Source: Rhodospirillales bacterium
Lineage (GTDB): Bacteria > Pseudomonadota > Alphaproteobacteria > Rhodospirillales > UBA2165
Assembly (NCBI GenBank): GCA_022823235.1
Contig: JAJDXO010000057.1
Span: 23,963-87,962, forward strand
Direction: 5' to 3'
Length of the DNA: 64,000 nucleotides
In this document: positions 48,328-58,074 of the stretch, piece after piece
How positions within the stretch are numbered: position 1 is the first letter of the stretch
Layout of the letters: each line of letters begins with the position of its first letter
Notes under the pieces: model-generated
What the model saw: the letters and a program-made list of their open reading frames with translations, nothing else
Told to the model about the DNA's origin: nothing
Databases searched by the model: none
Program-made: the position numbers and the translations under genes

Positions 48328-48452
48328 GCGCTTTTTTGCGCAAAAACAGCGCCCGGGCGGTGCGCCGAACGACATAATCTATTGAAATATAATGATTTCC
48401 GTAACCAGGGCCAAATAAGCAAGCGATCGAATTATTTTGCGCTTTTTTGCGG

Positions 48453-48650
48453 CCCCCTCACCCCCTGACGGGGGCAAGGGCACCCACCGAAACCCCCTCC
48501 CCCTTGACGGGGGAGGGTTGGGGTGGGGGTGAAACGGAAATTCCCCCTCACCCAGCCCACCGGACCGGCTCCGCCGGCCGGAAGACAGGCATGGCTAGGC
48601 TCGCTTCGCGCGCCAAGCCTCCGCATCCCTCTCCCTCCAGGGGAGAGGGA
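48453..48650. repeat. Cluster of three palindromic REP-like elements
   Basis: Hairpins at 48453-48480, 48493-48530 and 48626-48650 of the CCCTC(T/C)CCC-loop-GGG(G/A)GAGGG type, between convergent genes. Confidence 0.7.
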
Positions 48651-48712
48651 CCGGGTGCCGCGCCGTCCTCGTCGCCGCAACACGCGTCAGGCGGCGCATT
48701 CGAGTCCGGACC

Positions 48713-49333
48713 CTAGAATTTCCGGTCCTGGACCAATTCCTCGCTCATCCTGCCCTGACGGAGGTACTGGCCCAGCAGATGCATCAACGCCTGATGGGTA
48801 TCCTCGATCACGCCGTAATTGTCGGCATCCACGTGCAGGTTGACATCGGCCAGCCCGGCCGACCGGCCGCCGGAGAACCCGGTCATCGAAATGACCTCGA
48901 GCCCGTTGTCCTTCGCCCATCGGATGGCGCGTACGACGTTTTCGGAATCGCCGGATGAACTCACGGTGATCAGCGCATCCCCCGCCTCGGCATTGAGCGA
49001 TAACTGGCGGGAAAACACCTCGGCATAGTCCATGTCGTTGGCGATCGCCGTGATCACGGGGATGTTCGCCGTCAGCGAATGGACATGGGGAAGCAAGCCC
49101 GTATCCTGCGCCAGGAGTTTACCGTGATCGGCGACCAGATGATTGGCTATGGCCGCCGAGCCGCCGTTGCCGCAGACCCAGAGGGTGCCGCCCCGTTCGT
49201 GCAGGCCGGCGAGAATTTCCGCCGCTTCGGCGAGTTTGGCGCGGTCGACGCTGGCCGCCGCGTTCCGCCACTCGGCGAAATAGGCATCGGCATAGCTTCC
49301 GATATCGGAGAATTTCTTGTCCGGAAACGTCAT
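48713..49333 (-). CDS. gmhA: SIS-domain phosphoheptose isomerase (GmhA-like)
   Basis: CGNGGSAA.ANH, TAIAND, SSSGDSEN, TGFSGG, IEDTH. Confidence 0.75.
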   Translation of the reverse strand: MTFPDKKFSDIGSYADAYFAEWRNAAASVDRAKLAEAAEILAGLHERGGTLWVCGNGGSAAIANHLVADHGKLLAQDTGLLPHVHSLTANIPVITAIANDMDYAEVFSRQLSLNAEAGDALITVSSSGDSENVVRAIRWAKDNGLEVISMTGFSGGRSAGLADVNLHVDADNYGVIEDTHQALMHLLGQYLRQGRMSEELVQDRKF

Positions 49334-49388
49334 GGGCGGTGTGTACCCCGATCGGCCTGCTTCATCAACGCTTGCCTCGACGGCGGCC

Positions 49389-50645
49389 TCACCGCCTGGC
49401 GTCCGTCACCGTCACCAACAGCGCCGCGCCGACGGCGAAAAACACGATGATGGTCGCCATGCCCCAGCGCTGGCTTTCGGTCAGCGCGGTGACGAGGCCG
49501 AACAGGAACGGCCCCAGAAATGCCGTCGCCTTGCCGGAAAAGGCGTAAAGGCCGAACATCTCCGTCCGCATGCCCTCCGGCGCCAGATGCGCCATCATCG
49601 ACCGGCTGGCCGCCTGCGCCGGCCCGACGAACAGGCCGAGCACCGCGCCCAGGACCAGAAACAGGGTCGTATCGGTGACCGCCAGCACGGCCGCGCCGGT
49701 GACGATCAGGCCGGCAAGCGAAATCAGGATGGTTCGATTGGGCCCGATCCAGTCGTCGATCCACGCAAACGCCGCCGCGCCCAGGCCCGACGTTACGTTG
49801 ATGATGACGGCGAATTGCAGAACCTCGGCGGTGCTCATCCCGAAGGCGCCGGCCGCGAACACGCCGCCCATGGCGAACAGGGTCACAAGGCCGTCATTGT
49901 AGATCAGCCGGGCGATCAGGAACCGGAGGATGTCCCCGTATTCCCGGACGCGCTTGAGGGTCGTCCACAGCAGCCCGAGCCCCTCCCGCACGGCCCGGCC
50001 CATCGGCAGCCCCTGCGCCGGCACATCCGGCGTAAACAGAAACAGGGGAATGGAAAATACCCCGAACCATGCGGCGACGAGCACGGAGGTCGCCCGGATC
50101 TGCTCGATGGAAGAGGTATCGAAGCCCGTGAGGATCACCACCAGACAGCCGAGCCCGCCGAAATAGCCGAGCCCCCACGCCCATCCGGAGACCCGGCCGA
50201 TCATCGCCTTGGGCGCCAGGTCCGGCAGCATGGCGTTGTAGAAAACAATCGCCATTTCGAAGCCGATATTGGCAAGCACCACCAGACTGAGCGCCGCCAG
50301 AATGAACGCGGCGTCGGGCTCGATGAACCACAACAAGGCGGTCGCGGCCACCGACAGGTAGGTAAACCCGAAAATCCAGGGCTTCCGCCGCCCGCCCTTG
50401 TCGGCTATGGCGCCCAGGATCGGCGCCAGGACGGCGATGGCCAGACCGGAGACCGAAACGGCGAAGCCCCACTGGGCGGTGCCGGACACCTCGTCGACGG
50501 CGACCGACTTGGCGAAGTAGGTGGCGAAAACGAAGGTGATGATGATCGTGGTGAAGGCCGAATTGGCCCAATCGTAGAAACACCACGCCGCGATACCGCG
50601 CCTGCCGGCGCGGGAAGCGGATCCTGCTATGCCCTGATCAGCCAT
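49389..50645 (-). CDS. MFS transporter (UMF1/ATG22-like)
   Basis: WCFYDWANSAF, YNAMLP, GPAQAASRS; about 12 TM helices. Confidence 0.88.
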   Translation of the reverse strand: MADQGIAGSASRAGRRGIAAWCFYDWANSAFTTIIITFVFATYFAKSVAVDEVSGTAQWGFAVSVSGLAIAVLAPILGAIADKGGRRKPWIFGFTYLSVAATALLWFIEPDAAFILAALSLVVLANIGFEMAIVFYNAMLPDLAPKAMIGRVSGWAWGLGYFGGLGCLVVILTGFDTSSIEQIRATSVLVAAWFGVFSIPLFLFTPDVPAQGLPMGRAVREGLGLLWTTLKRVREYGDILRFLIARLIYNDGLVTLFAMGGVFAAGAFGMSTAEVLQFAVIINVTSGLGAAAFAWIDDWIGPNRTILISLAGLIVTGAAVLAVTDTTLFLVLGAVLGLFVGPAQAASRSMMAHLAPEGMRTEMFGLYAFSGKATAFLGPFLFGLVTALTESQRWGMATIIVFFAVGAALLVTVTDARR

Positions 50646-50654
50646 CGGACCACA

Positions 50655-53600
50655 CTACCCTGACTGGGCGATGGCCGCCAGATGGCGGCTCGCCACGGCG
50701 AGCATGGAGAGATCGACGCTTTCCGCCGCTTCGAGCTCGGCCAGCATCGTCCGTGTCTGATTCATCGCCGCGCCATGGCTCTCGGTCCAGTCGGCAAGCG
50801 CTTCATCGGGCATCAACCCGCCGCCCTTCCTGCCGCTCCGGCCGTTGACGATATTGAGCGTGATGCCCTTCTGGTGCGCATAAAGCTCTTCGATCACCGC
50901 ATCCGCCGCCAGCTTCTGCCAGTGGCTGTCGGCGGGAAGCCTCTCCGCGTGATGGCGGAGCCAGCCCAGGCCGAAATTCTCGCCGATCCGGAAATACAGC
51001 TCGGCCACCCGCCCCGCCGCCTGCCTGCAGCTCCGTGACGCGCGAACGATGTCGAGGGCCGAAACCAACAGCAGCAAATAGGCGGCCCGGCGGGCGAGGT
51101 CCTTCGGAACGCCCTCCGAGCGGTAGCGTTCGACGCGGACATCGATCCGTTCGGTCACTTCCGCCGGAACGATCTTTTCGATCTCCGCCGCCAGCGCCTC
51201 GACGGGACCGGCGAATTCGCCGACGATGTTGCCGAGGTCGATGGGCCGGACGGCATTCCTCAGCAACCACAGGGTGGCCCGCCCGATGAGCTGGTTGATG
51301 TCGAGCACCAGGGTCATTTGAATCCGTGCCGGCACCTTGTTGTCCAGCGCTTCGATACGGTCCCAGATCGCCGCGATGCCGAAGGTGTCGCGCACCGCGA
51401 GAAACGCCCGGGCGATTTCGGCGACGCCGGCGCCGGTCTTCTCCATCATGTTGATGACGAACGTGCCGCCGACCCGGTTAAGCAGGTCGTTGGTGACAAT
51501 GGTGGCGATGAGTTCGCGGCGCAGCTGGTGACCGCAGATTTCGGCCCGGTACTTCTTCCGAAGCGGGGTCGGGAAGTAATTGATCAGGTCGTCCTGAAGT
51601 TCCGGCGCATCCGGCAGGTCACTGGCCAAAATCTCCTCATAGACCCAGAGCTTGGCGTAACTCAGCACGACCGAAATTTCGGGCCGGGTAAGCCCGATCC
51701 GCGCCCGTTCGCGCTCATTCAGCGCCTCTTCGTCGGGCAGGAACTCCACATTCCGGTCGAGCCCGGCCTCTTTCTCGAGAGTCCGGATCAGGCGTATCTG
51801 GAGATCCAGCAAATCGACGCCGACGGTCCGGAACATGGTGATCGCTTCGGTCTGCAGGTAGTTGTCCCGCAGGACGAGTTCGGCGACCTCGCCGGTCATG
51901 TTTTCCAGCAGCTTGTTGCGCGCCGCCTGGGTGAGTTTGCCCTTGGCGACCGCGGAATCGAGCAGAATCTTGATGTTCACCTCGTGATCCGAGCAGTCGA
52001 CGCCGGCCGAGTTGTCGATGAAGTCCGCATTGAGCCGCCCGCCCTTGAGCGCGTACTCGACTCGCCCCAACTGGGTGACGCCGAGATTGGCGCCCTCGCC
52101 GATGACCCGGCAATTCAGCTCCCGGGCATCGATCCGGACCGCGTCATTGGCCCGGTCGCCGACACCGGCGTGCGCCTCGTCGGACGATTTGACGAAGGTC
52201 CCGATGCCGCCGAACCACAGAAGCTCGACCTCGGACCGGAGGATCGCCTGGATCAACTCGTTGGGCGTGACCCGGGACTTGGAAATTCCCAGGGCATTGC
52301 GGATTTCGGCGGAGAGCGGGATGGATTTCGCGCTCCGCTCGAAGATGCCGCCGCCCTTCGATATGAGCTTCTTGTCATAGTCCGTCCACGACGAGCGGGC
52401 GAGCCTGAACAGCCGCCTGCGTTCGGCGAGCGATTTCGCCGGATCGGGATCGGGATCGACGAAAATGTGCATGTGATTGAACGCGGCGATCAGCTTGATG
52501 TGCCTGCTGAGCAGCATGCCGTTGCCGAACACGTCCCCCGACATGTCGCCGACGCCGACGCAGGTGAAGTCCTCGGCCTGGATGTCCTTCCCCGCCTCGC
52601 GGAAGTGCCGCTTGACCGATTCCCAGGCGCCGCGGGCCGTGATGCCCATCTTCTTGTGGTCGTAGCCGACGCTGCCGCCCGACGCATAGGCATCGCCGAG
52701 CCAGAAGCCGTAATCGCCGGCGACCCCGTTGGCGATATCCGAGAACGTCGCGGTGCCCTTGTCGGCGGCGACCACCAGATAGGGGTCGTCGCCGTCGGCG
52801 CGCACCACGCGCCTGGGCGCGACGATCCCCCCCTCGGCTATATTGTCGGTGATGTCGAGGAGGCCCGACATGAAGGTCTTGTAGCAGGCGACGCCTTCCT
52901 CGACGAACGCCTCGCGGCCGCCGTCCGCGGGCGGGCGCTTGACGACGAATCCGCCCTTCGACCCGACCGGCACGATGACCGTGTTCTTGACCATCTGGGC
53001 CTTCATCAGGCCGAGAATCTCGGTCCGGAAGTCTTCCGGCCGGTCGGACCAGCGCAAGCCGCCGCGGGCAACCATGCCGCCGCGCAGGTGGACCGCCTCG
53101 ACCCGCGGCGAATAGACGAAAATCTCGCGCAGCGGCCGGGGCAGCGGCAGTTCGTCGATGGCCCGGGAATCGTATTTGACGGAGATGTACGGCTTGGGCT
53201 GGCCTTCGGCGTCGTACTGATAGTAATTGGTGCGGAGCGCCGCCTCCACCAGGTTGACGAAGCGCCGGAGGATGCGGTCTTCGTCGGCGCTCGCCACCTC
53301 TTCCAGCCGGTCCGTGATGGCCCGCCTGAGCCTAGCCAGCTTCCGGGCCCGGCCCTTTTCCAGGTCCGGATCGAATTTGGCCTGGAACAGCCTGACAATG
53401 CGTTCGGCGATCGCCGGGTTGTTGCGCAGCGTCGCCACCATGTATTCCTGGGAAAACGGAATGGCGGCCTGCCGGAGGTATTTCGCGAAGGCCCGGACGA
53501 TGCTGATTTCCCGCCAGGTCAGCTTCGCGGTCAGGACCAGCGCGTTGAAGCCGTCGGACTCCATCTCGCCGTTCCAGATGCGGCGGAATGCCTCGTGGAA

Positions 53601-55502
53601 AATCTCCCGGGTGGCGTCCAGGTCTACCTTGTCCGTATCGCGCGCCACCAGGCCGAAATCATGCAGCATGACCAGTTCGTGATCATCGTGCTCGACCTCG
53701 ATGTTGTGGGGCACCTCGTCGATCACCTTGAGGCCCATATCCTCGAGCATCGGCAGGACGTCCGACAGCGGCAACGGTTCCCTGGGATGGAAAACCTTGA
53801 ACCTGACCTCGTTGTCGGCGGCGCCCTCGGGCCGGTAGAAATCCAGATTCAAGCCGCTTCGCCGCGCCACGTGCTGGAGCAGTTCGATGTCGGAGAGCGC
53901 CGTTTCGGCGTCGAATTTCTCCGTATAGCTGGCCGGAAATGCATCGCCGTAGGTGTGCGCCAGCTCGAAGCCGCGCTCCTCGCCGTGGCGGTCGACCAAC
54001 GCCTGGCGCAAATGATCCGACCAGGACCGGGAGGCGGAGGAAAGCTCGGCCTCGACCGCTTCGTGGTCGTAGCTGGGCTTTTTTCCCGGCGTCGTCGTGA
54101 TGATGACATGCAGCCGGGCCAGGGGCGAATCGCCGATTTCGGTATTGAACCCGCTGACTTCGCCGTCGAACACCCGGCACAGGATCCGCTGAACCTGGAC
54201 CCCGAGGCCGGTCGCGTAGCGTTCGCGCGGGATGTAGACCAGGCACGAAACGAACCGGGTGAAATCATCCCGGCGGACGAACAGGGCCACCCGCTGGCGA
54301 TCCTGCAATTGAAGGATGCCCATGGATATATCCATGAGATCCTTGTCGCGAATCTGGAACAGCTCGTCCCGGGGATAGGTCTCCAGAATGTGCATCAGCG
54401 CCTTGCCGGCGTGACCGGCCGCCGGCAGTCCGGCCCTGGCGACAGTCTTGTCCAGTTTGCGGCGCAGGAGCGGAATGCTGCGCGGACTCGATGAATAGGC
54501 GACGGAAGTGAACAGGCCGGCGAACAGGCGCTCGCCGGCCACCTTGCCGTTCTTGTCGAACCGTTTGATCCCGATGGCGTCGAGGCGTACCGGCCGGTGC
54601 ACCGTCGCCCGCGCGTCGGCCTTTGAAACCACCACCGGATCGCGCCGCCGGACGAACCGGCGGACGTCCGCCGGCATCTTGTCGAGATGGCGCAGCTCGT
54701 TGAACACCAGACGGCCGGGATCCCGCAGGATACCGAGACCCGTCTTGCGGTTGACCGAGACCCTGGCGTTGGCGCCCGAGCCCTTGAAATCGTAATCCCG
54801 ATACCCCAGGAAGGTAAAATTGTCGTCGTGCAGCCACTGAAGGAAATCCTGCGCCTCGGCCACCTCGGCCGCGGCGCCCTCGGCGTAGCGAAGCTTCATT
54901 TCATCGATGATTTCGCGAATTCGCCGCCGCATGTGATGCCAGTCTTCGACCGCGCTGCGCACGTCCCGGAGCACCACCGACACGGTTTTCTCGATGGCCG
55001 CCAGGTGCTTCGGATCGCGCTGCCGGGTGATCTCGAAGGACATGAAGGCTTCGCGCAGCACGTTGTCGCCGGTTTCTTCGTGGGGCAGCAGCGCCTTGAG
55101 GCTGCCGGCGCCGTCCCGCCGGACCGAAAGCACGGGATGGATGACCAAATGCACCTCGATCCCCTGCCGCGAGAGCTCGGAGGTCACCGAATCGACCAGG
55201 AACGGCATGTCGTCGTTAACGACTTCGATGATCGTGTGAGCGCTTTTCCAACCGTCCTTCGCCGGATCCGGGTTGTAGACCCGGAGCTTCATCTCCCGCC
55301 GCCGGCGCTTGGCGCCCAAAGCGCATATGGATCCGGCCGAACCGGCCATGTTCGCCGCGCCCCGTCCGCTCAGGTCGGACAGGGAAATATGGGCGTAAAA
55401 GCTCCCCATGAAGTCGCCGACCATCCGGCGGTTGCGCCCCTTGAGCGCCCCGACCGCTTCGCGCAACAGGGCCGCGCGCCGCCTATCGGTGGATGTGCTC
55501 AC
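50655..55502 (-). CDS. gdhB: Large NAD-specific glutamate dehydrogenase
   Basis: DDMPFLVDS, ARGGLRWSDR.EDFRTE, YLVVAADKGTATFSD, GYDHKKMGITARGAW, DNSAGVDCSDHEVNIK; GTG start at 55502 with GGAGG 6 nt upstream. Confidence 0.93.
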   Translation of the reverse strand: MSTSTDRRRAALLREAVGALKGRNRRMVGDFMGSFYAHISLSDLSGRGAANMAGSAGSICALGAKRRRREMKLRVYNPDPAKDGWKSAHTIIEVVNDDMPFLVDSVTSELSRQGIEVHLVIHPVLSVRRDGAGSLKALLPHEETGDNVLREAFMSFEITRQRDPKHLAAIEKTVSVVLRDVRSAVEDWHHMRRRIREIIDEMKLRYAEGAAAEVAEAQDFLQWLHDDNFTFLGYRDYDFKGSGANARVSVNRKTGLGILRDPGRLVFNELRHLDKMPADVRRFVRRRDPVVVSKADARATVHRPVRLDAIGIKRFDKNGKVAGERLFAGLFTSVAYSSSPRSIPLLRRKLDKTVARAGLPAAGHAGKALMHILETYPRDELFQIRDKDLMDISMGILQLQDRQRVALFVRRDDFTRFVSCLVYIPRERYATGLGVQVQRILCRVFDGEVSGFNTEIGDSPLARLHVIITTTPGKKPSYDHEAVEAELSSASRSWSDHLRQALVDRHGEERGFELAHTYGDAFPASYTEKFDAETALSDIELLQHVARRSGLNLDFYRPEGAADNEVRFKVFHPREPLPLSDVLPMLEDMGLKVIDEVPHNIEVEHDDHELVMLHDFGLVARDTDKVDLDATREIFHEAFRRIWNGEMESDGFNALVLTAKLTWREISIVRAFAKYLRQAAIPFSQEYMVATLRNNPAIAERIVRLFQAKFDPDLEKGRARKLARLRRAITDRLEEVASADEDRILRRFVNLVEAALRTNYYQYDAEGQPKPYISVKYDSRAIDELPLPRPLREIFVYSPRVEAVHLRGGMVARGGLRWSDRPEDFRTEILGLMKAQMVKNTVIVPVGSKGGFVVKRPPADGGREAFVEEGVACYKTFMSGLLDITDNIAEGGIVAPRRVVRADGDDPYLVVAADKGTATFSDIANGVAGDYGFWLGDAYASGGSVGYDHKKMGITARGAWESVKRHFREAGKDIQAEDFTCVGVGDMSGDVFGNGMLLSRHIKLIAAFNHMHIFVDPDPDPAKSLAERRRLFRLARSSWTDYDKKLISKGGGIFERSAKSIPLSAEIRNALGISKSRVTPNELIQAILRSEVELLWFGGIGTFVKSSDEAHAGVGDRANDAVRIDARELNCRVIGEGANLGVTQLGRVEYALKGGRLNADFIDNSAGVDCSDHEVNIKILLDSAVAKGKLTQAARNKLLENMTGEVAELVLRDNYLQTEAITMFRTVGVDLLDLQIRLIRTLEKEAGLDRNVEFLPDEEALNERERARIGLTRPEISVVLSYAKLWVYEEILASDLPDAPELQDDLINYFPTPLRKKYRAEICGHQLRRELIATIVTNDLLNRVGGTFVINMMEKTGAGVAEIARAFLAVRDTFGIAAIWDRIEALDNKVPARIQMTLVLDINQLIGRATLWLLRNAVRPIDLGNIVGEFAGPVEALAAEIEKIVPAEVTERIDVRVERYRSEGVPKDLARRAAYLLLLVSALDIVRASRSCRQAAGRVAELYFRIGENFGLGWLRHHAERLPADSHWQKLAADAVIEELYAHQKGITLNIVNGRSGRKGGGLMPDEALADWTESHGAAMNQTRTMLAELEAAESVDLSMLAVASRHLAAIAQSG

Positions 55503-55622
55503 GATCGTCCTCCGGGTCCGTCTCCGCCCCGCCGCCCCAACGGCCGTTTTCCGGCCCGGATTTGGGGGGCGAACGCCCCGATTCAACAGGTTTTTTCAAA
55601 AGCATAGTGTATCACAACCGGC

Positions 55623-56027
55623 TCAGCCGCAGCTTAGATCGAACGCCGCCAGCCCTTCGTCGAGATAGTCCGGCAACAGGGGCATGCCGAGAAGATACTC
55701 CGCGGTCCGATCGTTGTGCTCGTCGGTTGCGATGCGCAGCGCCTCGTCCCAGTCCTCGGCGGTGAAGTCGCCGCGGCCCACCCAGGCCAGCGCCACGATT
55801 TGACACTGGTCGTCATGGCTCATGGCGTTGATCCACGCCTTGATCTCGTCCCCGGTGGAATCGTCGGTCTCTTCGTGATGGTGGGCGTCGGAAATATCCT
55901 CGATGTTGTCGATGTGCTCTTCCGGCTCGTCGGCCTCGTACTCGTCCTCGCCGACGGGTGTTCGGGACTCGAATTCCCGCGCCTTGGCGACGATGAAACA
56001 CACTTTTTCGATATCGATTTCCAACAT
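55623..56027 (-). CDS. DUF3775 domain protein
   Basis: VCFIVAKAREF...VALAWVGRGDF...YLLGMPLL.DYL.EGL. Confidence 0.8.
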   Translation of the reverse strand: MLEIDIEKVCFIVAKAREFESRTPVGEDEYEADEPEEHIDNIEDISDAHHHEETDDSTGDEIKAWINAMSHDDQCQIVALAWVGRGDFTAEDWDEALRIATDEHNDRTAEYLLGMPLLPDYLDEGLAAFDLSCG

Positions 56028-56092
56028 GGGCGTACTCCGAAACCTTGTCCTCCTATCGTCCCGGACCGGGGTCCGGCAAGCCTTGATGACCG

Positions 56093-56995
56093 TCAACCTT
56101 CCCCGATGCCTTCCGGCGCGTAGACCCGGACGGCATTGTCATGGAGCATACTCCGCTGGTCGGCCTCGCTGAATCCGGCCAATGCCTGCCGGAACGCGCC
56201 GATCAACGGCCCATATTCGGTCCACAATTTCTCGATCGGAAAGTTGCTGCCGTAGATGCAGCGCCCGGCACCGAATATCTCCACCGTTTCGGGCACGATT
56301 TCCGCGATGAAGGCGGGGTCGTTGCGGCGGATGAATGTCCCGAGGCCGGACAGCTTGTTCATGACGTTGGGCTCATCGGCGAGCCGCTTCATGCCGTCCC
56401 GCCACGCCGCCATGCCCGCCCGGGAGGCGTCCTCCGGCATGCCGCAATGCTGCAGCACCATCGTGGTCTCCGGGAAGTCGGCGGCAAGCCGGGCGGCATC
56501 CTCCATTTGGGAGGCGAACACCTGCAGCTCGAACATCAATCCATGGGTCCGCATGTGGGCGAAGCCGCGGCGCCACGACGCATCGTTCATCACGTCGGGG
56601 CGCGGCTGAAACCGGCAAAGCTCGTTCTCGTGCCAATGAAGCTGTTGGCGGACCCCGCGCACGCGCGGAATGTCCGCGAGCGCCTTGAGGGTTTGGTCCA
56701 CGTCCTCGGCATGAAAATCGGCGAAGCCGACGATGGCGTTGGGCCACCCGGACGCATCGGCCACCGACTGGACCCATCGGGACTCCTCGACCGCCCGGGC
56801 GGGCGGCCAGTTGGCCTGCACGTAAACCGAGCCCGCCACCCCGTGGCCTTCGAGATCGGCACGGAACTCGTCGATCGGATAATTCCGCTTGATCGGCGTG
56901 TAGTCGCCGAAAATGCGCGGCTCGTTGGGGCCGTTGAGCCACGGCAGATCGGCCTGGCGCCAGATGTGGTGGTGGGCATCGATTGCCGGAATCAT
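56093..56995 (-). CDS. Amidohydrolase family 2 (lactonase-like)
   Basis: IDAHHHIW, LQHCGMP, KLSG, YGSNFP. Confidence 0.88.
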   Translation of the reverse strand: MIPAIDAHHHIWRQADLPWLNGPNEPRIFGDYTPIKRNYPIDEFRADLEGHGVAGSVYVQANWPPARAVEESRWVQSVADASGWPNAIVGFADFHAEDVDQTLKALADIPRVRGVRQQLHWHENELCRFQPRPDVMNDASWRRGFAHMRTHGLMFELQVFASQMEDAARLAADFPETTMVLQHCGMPEDASRAGMAAWRDGMKRLADEPNVMNKLSGLGTFIRRNDPAFIAEIVPETVEIFGAGRCIYGSNFPIEKLWTEYGPLIGAFRQALAGFSEADQRSMLHDNAVRVYAPEGIGEG

Positions 56996-57011
56996 CCCGT
57001 TTCTCCCCGTC

Positions 57012-58049
57012 TTAAGCGTCCGCCACCCGGATGACCGCGCGGCCCGTCACGTCGCCGGCCTCCACCAGGTCATGGAGTTCGTTGGCCTCTTCCATGGGCC
57101 GGATTTCGGTCACCAGGGGCCACACCTCGCCCCGGCCGGCCAGTTCGAGGGCGCTCGCCAATTCGCCCTTGGTGCAGAACCGGCTGCCCAGCACTTCCCG
57201 TTCGCCGGCGAGGAACGACATGGCGTTGACCTCGAAATCCTGTCCGGCGCCGCCGAGGGTGACGAGACGCCCGCCGACGCCGAGGGACTTGAACCCCGCC
57301 TCCAACGTCCCGCGGGAGGAGACATAGTCGATGGCCACGTCGGCGCCGCCGCCCGACGCCTCGATGATCGCCTCGACGACATCGTTGCGGCCGCCGTCGA
57401 TGCAGATCTCGGCGCCGGCTTTTTCGCAGGCGGCGAATTTCTCGGGCTTGGTGTCGACGGCGATCACCCGGGCATTGGCGTAGGCCCCCATCATCACCTG
57501 ATGGATGCCGACCCCGCCGCCGGCGCCGAACACCGCGACCCACTCGCCGGGCCGGACCCGGGCGCGGCGCAGCACCTTGACCGGCGTCGCCAGGGCATCG
57601 GCGGCCACGCCGGCCTCCGCCGGGTGCGCCCTGTAGTCGAGGCTTTCGGGAAACTTCACGAAGGACCGCGCCGGCAGCTTGATGTATTCGGCGTACCCGC
57701 CGTCGACCGCCCGCCCGATGACACCGGGCGAGTTTTCGCACAGGCTCTCCCGGTCGGCGAGGCACCAGCGGCAATGGCCGCAGGTGAGATAGAAATGCGC
57801 GGTGACCCCGTCGCCGACGGACAGGCCGTAATCGTGGCCGGGGCCGATCTCGACGATCTCGGCGGCGATCTCGTGGCCGATGATCAGCGGATAATTGGCC
57901 GGCACCCGCCCCGCCTTCACATGCTGGATGGTCAGCCCCGCGCCGCAGGTGATCACCCGCGCGACCGCCTCGCCCGGCCCCGCCGCGGGGTCCGGCACAT
58001 CCCTCAATTCGAACGGCCGGTTGGGGCCTTCCAGGACCAGCGCCTTCAT
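57012..58049 (-). CDS. Zinc-binding alcohol dehydrogenase
   Basis: IGHE, CGHCRWC-x7-C, GAGGGVG. Confidence 0.88.
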   Translation of the reverse strand: MKALVLEGPNRPFELRDVPDPAAGPGEAVARVITCGAGLTIQHVKAGRVPANYPLIIGHEIAAEIVEIGPGHDYGLSVGDGVTAHFYLTCGHCRWCLADRESLCENSPGVIGRAVDGGYAEYIKLPARSFVKFPESLDYRAHPAEAGVAADALATPVKVLRRARVRPGEWVAVFGAGGGVGIHQVMMGAYANARVIAVDTKPEKFAACEKAGAEICIDGGRNDVVEAIIEASGGGADVAIDYVSSRGTLEAGFKSLGVGGRLVTLGGAGQDFEVNAMSFLAGEREVLGSRFCTKGELASALELAGRGEVWPLVTEIRPMEEANELHDLVEAGDVTGRAVIRVADA

Positions 58050-58074
58050 GCCATGCCTCCCTTGATTCCGTAAT

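Noticed and set aside
44763-48375. 750-aa and 710-aa minus-strand ORFs
   Set aside because: Antisense shadows of the dehydratase and purH genes.
51318-54494. 1058-aa plus-strand ORF
   Set aside because: Antisense shadow of NAD-GDH caused by codon bias.
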